A DNA stretch of 32,000 bases from Desulfocapsa sulfexigens DSM 10523 (GTDB lineage Bacteria > Desulfobacterota > Desulfobulbia > Desulfobulbales > Desulfocapsaceae): the NCBI RefSeq assembly GCF_000341395.1, contig NC_020304.1, forward strand, positions 2,070,001 to 2,102,000, written 5' to 3'. The notes under the pieces are model-generated. The model saw nothing but the letters and a program-made list of their open reading frames with translations. It searched no databases and was not told the DNA's origin. This document shows, one piece after another, positions 26,855 through 32,000 of this stretch (the first letter of the stretch is position 1; every line of letters begins with the position of its first letter). A program made the position numbers and the translations under genes.

Positions 26855-28813
26855 TCAGTAGGCCATATGACCCAGTGATTTCATAATCAGTGCCAGCCCC
26901 ATGGCAAACATCCCAGTCAGTCCCATACCGCAGGAAAATCCAGCAAGCAGCACAGGAGCATACTGCCGCCACATGGGACCATACCGTTTGAAAAAGAAAT
27001 AGCGACCAAGAAATGCACCAAGTACCTCCAATATCAGACCATGGGGGGTAGACTGGCCAAGTCCCCGTACCACTCCATAGATAAGGAGGATGGGCAGGCC
27101 AAAGAGACTGAGGAGAAAATACATCAGCAGGCCGAAGCCAAGACCGGAAAAGACGGTGGTACTGTTGAGGGCCTGATAGAACATGGAGTTTCCCTCCATG
27201 GTGGATGTCTGCATCAGCAGGGTGTTCAGAGCCTGCAGGTGCCAGAGTTCCTGGGCATAGGGGTAGTGGCTCGATGGTATGGGGGCCAGTCTCCATATAA
27301 ACTGGGAAAAGAGCAGGCTTGCCACCATAACAATGGGAAAAACCACAATTTCTGCCTTGATAATTCCTCGGATGGAAGTTCCTGTGAGTTCGATTTGCCT
27401 GAACTGTACCGTCGCTTCTCCGTAGTTGTGTATGGGGATGGGTGCGTACCAGATTTCAATCCCCTGGTAGCCGAAAAAACGTGCTCCTGCAATGAAACTG
27501 GCCTCACGAACCAGTGGCAGGCTGACAAACTGTCCGGCGATACCCTCCATTCTTGCGGTGATGTAGGAAATGATCGGGGTGTAAATAAATCCATAACCGA
27601 GAAAGAATATCCATGGAAAATTTGGTACCAGCCAGACGCAGAGTCCGACATACGAAAGAGTCGAGAAAAAATAAATTATTATTGAGATCCAGAAGTTGAA
27701 ATCACCACGTCCTTTCGGCGGATGGAAGAGATCATGGAGAGTACCCATGTGTTCTTTGGTGCCGTGGTAGGATCGCACTACCGACCAGATTCCAATGCCC
27801 CCAATGGCGAGTCCGAGCCCGATACCAAAACTCATATAGAAGTCAAAGTTGTTAGCAAAAACAGTGTCAACGGTAGCCATGCCCGGATGCCAGCGCTGCA
27901 GAATTCCCTGAGCATAGAGAATAGGGTTCAGGATAATGGTGATGATGAGACCGATCAGGCCTCCAATAACCGCCCAGAACGGAAGCACCATTCCAACAAA
28001 GACCAGGCCCAGATCCAGCTGAATTCCTGTGGCTACCGCAGGAAGGATATCTTCTGTATGGCTGGTAAGTTCTATCCATGGAATGGGGATGAGACGGATC
28101 TGTTCGTTAAAAATAAGACCCGAGGCGATGGGCAACAGGACATACACAGCACCAAAGACCAGACCTATCATTCCCCCGATGGAGAAGACCCTCCACTTCC
28201 AGCTCTTTTTCTTTTCTTCAGTGGATTCGGCAAGGGCCATGGTTCCCAGTGCGGCAACCGGTGCCATGGGAAATGGCAGTTTCTCAACGTCGGAGGTTAT
28301 CCTGTAGAGGGCATACCCTAAACCGAAATGATCTATACGCTGAACGATCTGGGAACCCACCAGAAGGAGAATGGGAATCATCCAGTCTCTGTGAAAAAAA
28401 GTCCGTTCAACCATCGACATGGAGTCGGGGCCAGGAGCTATCCAGGTAGGAATGAACTCAGTAAGGCCAAGCATTCGGGCCGCATCGGATTGAACGAGAT
28501 ACTGATTCCAGAGCAGACCGGAAAAGGGTGAGGCAAGAGCAGCACCTGCCATGTAGTAGAGAAGGAAGATCTCCTGCTGTTTGAGATCGGAATGTGCGCG
28601 CTTTGCCACTTCTGCAAAAAGAATGATGGTTACCCAGCGGGCAGCAGGACCGATGCCCTGGCCAATAACAAGCTGCAGGTACATGGAGCCTGGCATCATC
28701 AGAAAACCGATAAAGACGGCACCCACAATGGTCTTCCAGTCAAATCCCTCTTCAAAGTGATCGGGAGGTTTGAGGAGATCTCTATATTCTTTAAGTTCTT
28801 TGTCGTCGTACAT
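26855..28813 (-). CDS. Large polytopic membrane protein (652 aa) of uncharacterised family, possibly OPT-superfamily-like
   Basis: More than 14 hydrophobic segments. The N-terminus FDWKTIVGAVFIGFLMMPGSMYLQLVIGQGIG resembles the first TM of OPT-type transporters only loosely. It shares N- and C-terminal motifs with the upstream 665-aa protein. Confidence 0.75.
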   Translation of the reverse strand: MYDDKELKEYRDLLKPPDHFEEGFDWKTIVGAVFIGFLMMPGSMYLQLVIGQGIGPAARWVTIILFAEVAKRAHSDLKQQEIFLLYYMAGAALASPFSGLLWNQYLVQSDAARMLGLTEFIPTWIAPGPDSMSMVERTFFHRDWMIPILLLVGSQIVQRIDHFGLGYALYRITSDVEKLPFPMAPVAALGTMALAESTEEKKKSWKWRVFSIGGMIGLVFGAVYVLLPIASGLIFNEQIRLIPIPWIELTSHTEDILPAVATGIQLDLGLVFVGMVLPFWAVIGGLIGLIITIILNPILYAQGILQRWHPGMATVDTVFANNFDFYMSFGIGLGLAIGGIGIWSVVRSYHGTKEHMGTLHDLFHPPKGRGDFNFWISIIIYFFSTLSYVGLCVWLVPNFPWIFFLGYGFIYTPIISYITARMEGIAGQFVSLPLVREASFIAGARFFGYQGIEIWYAPIPIHNYGEATVQFRQIELTGTSIRGIIKAEIVVFPIVMVASLLFSQFIWRLAPIPSSHYPYAQELWHLQALNTLLMQTSTMEGNSMFYQALNSTTVFSGLGFGLLMYFLLSLFGLPILLIYGVVRGLGQSTPHGLILEVLGAFLGRYFFFKRYGPMWRQYAPVLLAGFSCGMGLTGMFAMGLALIMKSLGHMAY

Positions 28814-28838
28814 AGTTAAAAACTCAGGTGTTGAAGTT

Positions 28839-28882
28839 TGAAGGCTGACGGCTGCAGGTGTTGTTTACCTCTAGCCTTCAGC
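28839..28882 (-). other. Intercistronic stem-loop
   Basis: TGAAGGCT (28839-28846) pairs with AGCCTTCA (28873-28880). GCTGA and TCAGC offer an alternative register. The structure lies in the 88-nt spacer between the two large membrane-protein genes. Confidence 0.4.
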
Positions 28883-28901
28883 CTAATCACCTTCTGTCTA
28901 C

Positions 28902-30899
28902 TTAATCTGGCAGTACCTGATAGCCAGAATCAGTAAATAATCCCACTATTGCCCAGCCGCCGCCCATCAGAAAATCGCCGATGATCAGGCCGATAAAGAA
29001 AAACTGCACTTTTTTAAATAGGGTAACGCCGCCATATCGCATGCATAGAGTGTTACAGGCCCAGCCGATAAAAAAACTGAACCAGAGAATACGCATGGCT
29101 GAACTGTAAGCCGTGAGATAGCCTAATGGATGGATGGGCCACCAGTAAAAGCGATGATAGCAGACCACAAGAATGAGCATGACGATTGCCCCTGCGATGG
29201 CAAAAAAAGTGATCCAGCTTCCAGTTTCCACAGGAGCCGTTACCAGGCGATGCACATTTTCAAAGACGGTAACTGTGGTTCGACTGGCCCATTCCAGCTG
29301 GAGTTCACGGGTACCATAACGATAGTAGAGGGTCATCATGGCAAGGATAGAGGCTCCAAGGCTTGCTAGAATAGTGAAAAAGAGGCCTGAGAAGATGAGG
29401 AGGCCGGGGCTTTTTCCATGACTCAGTTTTCTGGCGTGGAGAAGTGAAGGCATGAGTGATTCCCGTAGATCAACAAAGAGTACTTTCTGAGCCATTCCTG
29501 CAAGTAATCCATTAATACCGCTGAAAATTTTTGTTCCACTGATCGCTATCAGGCCATCCATTGGTGCTGCAGTGAGAGTGAAGTAAGCAAGACCGCCCTG
29601 GCAGATAATTCTGGTGGCAACCATCATAATCATAAATGCCGCACTAAAGAAGAGCGTGGCAGTGAGCAGACTCATGCCGAGCGACACCGCCCAGTATAAG
29701 AGCCCGCCGAAGCAGAATACTGCTCCCCAGAAGGAGTAGCGTACATCGAACCATTCGGTTCGTGATTTGCTGGATTTTACCAGAAAGAGAGATTCCTTTG
29801 TCACCTCAATGAGATGTGTTCTGGCCAGCCAGATAAGAAAGAAAAAGAAGATACCGTAGGCTCCAATCATCTGAGTTTCTTCAGGCCTTGCCAGGGTTGG
29901 ACCAAAAGTGATGCCAAGTTCTGATACAGGAATAGTATACCCAAGAAGTCCAAGGACGCCGAAAAAGAGACCGCCCAAAATAAAAAAGAACCAGAAACTA
30001 AAAGAGATTTGGCGCGAAGTCAAAAATGCGAATCCGATAAATGCTGGATAGAGATAAATTTTCAGTTTATGGAATCCTGAGAACAGCCCTTCCTTCGGAA
30101 AGTAAGGGCCTGCAAGGACAAGTGTCGAGAGTTGGGGGACCGATGGGTAATAAAAATGTAATCCGTTCAATAAGTGGAGAAAAACCGGAACAAGAAGGCC
30201 GGCCAGGAGAAAATGGTTTCCAAAAAACCTTCCTATTCTTCCTTCGTCGAGTGAGCTGCAGAGCATTTCAGGGACACGCAGCAGGGGAAAGTTGATGCGT
30301 TCGTTGTGGATCCACTGGCGGGAAAGAATATTGATGATAAAGAGCATAAAACCGTATGATAGCAGGATGAAGCTTCCCCAGAGCAGCAGAGGGCTGAGCC
30401 ATGCCTGCCATGGGATAGTTGAGGCCACCTCAAGCCAGCTCATGCTCCGTCCTCCGGGAATTCCTGTATAGAGCATTTCAATGGCCCGTGGATCCGTGGG
30501 GCTGATTCCCTGGGGCAGGAGAGAGCAAAGGGTTTCCTGCCATTGATTCTCAACGGTGGCGTAATGAATGGGTGCTGTCAGGTTGAGGAGAAGAGTCCTG
30601 GCCATTCCGGTATATGCAATCCCTGATCCAATGACCATCTCAATCCAGATGATAAGAAGCTCACCGCCAGTGAAGATAAGTGACTTGCTGCGAAGGATCT
30701 TTGCTGTTATCGCAGTCAGGATAACAAGGAGAATGAAAATGAAAAAAGGGGCCAGGGGAAAATGACCGCCACCAAGGGGAGTGGCTTGCTGGTACACATT
30801 GTTAAACGGTGTGAGGAGGCAGATGGCAGTAGCCAGAATCATACCGACTATAATGGAACGGAACCGAATGGCAGAGGCAGTTTTTGTATGTTCAGGCAT
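28902..30899 (-). CDS. Large polytopic membrane protein (665 aa) of uncharacterised family. From memory it resembles proteins annotated DUF6785/DUF6784; this is unverified.
   Basis: More than 14 hydrophobic segments. Its start overlaps the stop of the upstream FtsX-like gene by 8 nt (ATGCCTGA). Confidence 0.75.
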   Translation of the reverse strand: MPEHTKTASAIRFRSIIVGMILATAICLLTPFNNVYQQATPLGGGHFPLAPFFIFILLVILTAITAKILRSKSLIFTGGELLIIWIEMVIGSGIAYTGMARTLLLNLTAPIHYATVENQWQETLCSLLPQGISPTDPRAIEMLYTGIPGGRSMSWLEVASTIPWQAWLSPLLLWGSFILLSYGFMLFIINILSRQWIHNERINFPLLRVPEMLCSSLDEGRIGRFFGNHFLLAGLLVPVFLHLLNGLHFYYPSVPQLSTLVLAGPYFPKEGLFSGFHKLKIYLYPAFIGFAFLTSRQISFSFWFFFILGGLFFGVLGLLGYTIPVSELGITFGPTLARPEETQMIGAYGIFFFFLIWLARTHLIEVTKESLFLVKSSKSRTEWFDVRYSFWGAVFCFGGLLYWAVSLGMSLLTATLFFSAAFMIMMVATRIICQGGLAYFTLTAAPMDGLIAISGTKIFSGINGLLAGMAQKVLFVDLRESLMPSLLHARKLSHGKSPGLLIFSGLFFTILASLGASILAMMTLYYRYGTRELQLEWASRTTVTVFENVHRLVTAPVETGSWITFFAIAGAIVMLILVVCYHRFYWWPIHPLGYLTAYSSAMRILWFSFFIGWACNTLCMRYGGVTLFKKVQFFFIGLIIGDFLMGGGWAIVGLFTDSGYQVLPD

Positions 30900-32000
30900 C
30901 TGCTCTCTCCTTTGCGTTCTGGCTTTCTGTGACTATCTCTTTGAACTGTCCAGCAAAATGGTTGTGGCTTGCCTCGTCAAGGGATCTCCAGACCAGAAGC
31001 TGTTTCCGAAGGTCGTGAAGAAATGAGGTGTTGATTCTTTCCCACACGGATTCTTCACCCGAACGGCGCTCAATGGTGACCTTGATTTCAAGATAGTTTG
31101 GGTTGTCTTCCACAGGGGAGAACTGAATGTCGACCCATTGCATAATGCCGAAGTCAAATGGGGCGAGCCATACCTTTGAGCGAATATAGGTGCAGTACAA
31201 GGTGTGTGGTTGTTCTGTGTTTTCTATGAGAGATCTCATCTCTTCAATATTGCAGCAACTGGATACCAGATTCACAGGACCGGTGGAGAAGAGTCCGTGG
31301 GAAACCTCCTGATGGGAGGTGAAGTAACCGAATATAAATCCGCCAATTGAATCGTGCTCATCATATTTCATGAAAAATGGAAGAGTGATGGTGATGCGAT
31401 TATCAACAGCCCGAGGCAGACTGAAGTTGGCGTTCACGTCGGGGATGGCTATTTTAGCAGCCACCCGAGAGGGGTAGATAACCGAGAGAAGAACCACCCC
31501 GATAACAAGCAGCATGGCTGCAACTCCTGCCATAGAAGAGTAATTCACGGTGAGCCCGGCCCAGAGGCTGGTCTCGGCGAAGAGATAGGCAGAAACCTGG
31601 GCCAGGAGATAGCCGAGTACAACGGATATTACTGCAAGTGCAAGAGCCTCGGCGATAAAAAGAAAAGAAACATGCGACGGGGCAAGGCCAACCGAAGTGT
31701 AGACTGCGATCTCATTCTTTCGTTCATAGACCGAGCTGATCATGGTGTTCAGTACAATGAAAATGGAGATAAGAAGCGGAATGATAATATTGGGCACACC
31801 GCTGTACTGTATGGAGTCACTCTGGTTGTAAAGCCATACCCCATCCGTCTCTCCGGCAAAAATGGCCATGGAAAATCTATCGACAAGTCCTTCTGCTGTT
31901 TCACTTATGGATGTCCCGCCGCTTGGCAGTACTGCAAGATTTTTGAGTTTGCCGCCAAGGGTGAGCAGGGTTGAGGCTGGTATGATTGCAACCTGAGATG
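30892..32000 (-). CDS. FtsX/MacB-type ABC transporter permease with a C-terminal extension; the 5' end lies beyond the window
   Basis: The FtsX domain reads IIIPLLISIFIVLNTMISSVYERKNEIAVYTSVGLAPSHVSFLFIAEALALAVISVVLGYLLA, followed by a fourth TM. The frame stays open upstream of the Met at 31869 through nt 32000 (...SQVAIIPASTLLTLGGKLKNLAVLPSGG...), so the gene is 5' truncated by the window edge. Confidence 0.8.
   Translation of the reverse strand, partial: SQVAIIPASTLLTLGGKLKNLAVLPSGGTSISETAEGLVDRFSMAIFAGETDGVWLYNQSDSIQYSGVPNIIIPLLISIFIVLNTMISSVYERKNEIAVYTSVGLAPSHVSFLFIAEALALAVISVVLGYLLAQVSAYLFAETSLWAGLTVNYSSMAGVAAMLLVIGVVLLSVIYPSRVAAKIAIPDVNANFSLPRAVDNRITITLPFFMKYDEHDSIGGFIFGYFTSHQEVSHGLFSTGPVNLVSSCCNIEEMRSLIENTEQPHTLYCTYIRSKVWLAPFDFGIMQWVDIQFSPVEDNPNYLEIKVTIERRSGEESVWERINTSFLHDLRKQLLVWRSLDEASHNHFAGQFKEIVTESQNAKERADA

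Noticed and set aside
26616-28321. Several long ORFs overlapping the 652-aa membrane-protein gene: 26616..27296 (-), 27041..27685 (+), 27226..27651 (-) and 27722..28321 (+)
   Set aside because: They are off-frame or antisense to a long, coherent, hydrophobic ORF. Their translations are Gly/Pro/Arg/His-rich, as expected from alternative frames of a GC-richer membrane-protein gene. The 26616 ORF would also run across the convergent hairpin and into the TPR-like gene.
31354-31974. 206-aa ORF on the + strand antisense to the FtsX-like gene
   Set aside because: Shadow ORF. The - strand frame carries a clear FtsX-domain signature, while the + strand translation has no features.
1-32000. A search for CRISPR arrays, rRNA and tRNA genes, insertion sequences and long direct or inverted repeats
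   Set aside because: I could not see any by eye. The intergenic regions are all about 230 nt or shorter and are accounted for by promoters and terminators. A computational repeat and tRNA scan would be needed to be certain.

Overview
This is a chromosomal window of about 45% GC, judged by eye. Gene content suggests a Desulfobacterota / deltaproteobacterial-type genome: a PEP-CTERM protein, a GAF-sigma54 activator and a DHH-CBS-CCA-type fusion. That assignment is inference only.

Positions 1 to about 20,500 are mostly housekeeping genes:
- an M50 site-2 protease and a Gate-domain membrane protein
- a znuA-znuC-znuB-like metal importer joined by overlapping stop/start codons
- a STAS-PilZ fusion protein and a PEP-CTERM secreted protein
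- an 891-aa DHH/DHHA1-CBS-nucleotidyltransferase
- an xerD-like recombinase with no canonical start codon
- rpsU, with a clear promoter and terminator
- a GlcD-like FAD oxidase, ddl, a sigma-70 family factor and a divergent GAF-sigma54 enhancer-binding protein
- serS, tatC, a DUF523 protein, ftsB, an FmdB zinc-ribbon protein and a divergent family-4-like uracil-DNA glycosylase

From about 20,500 to the window end the content looks accessory and poorly characterised. I see two candidate systems.

(A) A divergent locus that looks AT-richer than its surroundings.
- On the minus strand: a secreted 199-aa protein, an unknown 294-aa protein, and a PqqD-like (RiPP recognition element type) protein that overlaps the 294-aa gene by 20 nt.
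- On the plus strand: an 854-aa ABC exporter whose nucleotide-binding domain carries roughly 270 extra residues. These look like a triplication of the Q-loop-to-signature segment.
- The exporter is followed by an overlapping stand-alone cyclic-nucleotide-binding protein, a lipoprotein and a TPR-like secreted protein.

(B) A minus-strand operon running off the window end.
- An FtsX-type permease with a roughly 185-aa C-terminal extension.
- An 8-nt overlap into a 665-aa polytopic membrane protein.
- A hairpin-containing spacer, then a 652-aa polytopic membrane protein that looks like a distant paralogue of the 665-aa one.

I recognised no rRNA, tRNA, CRISPR array, transposase or phage genes. 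All domain calls come from motif recognition by eye. No database search was run.
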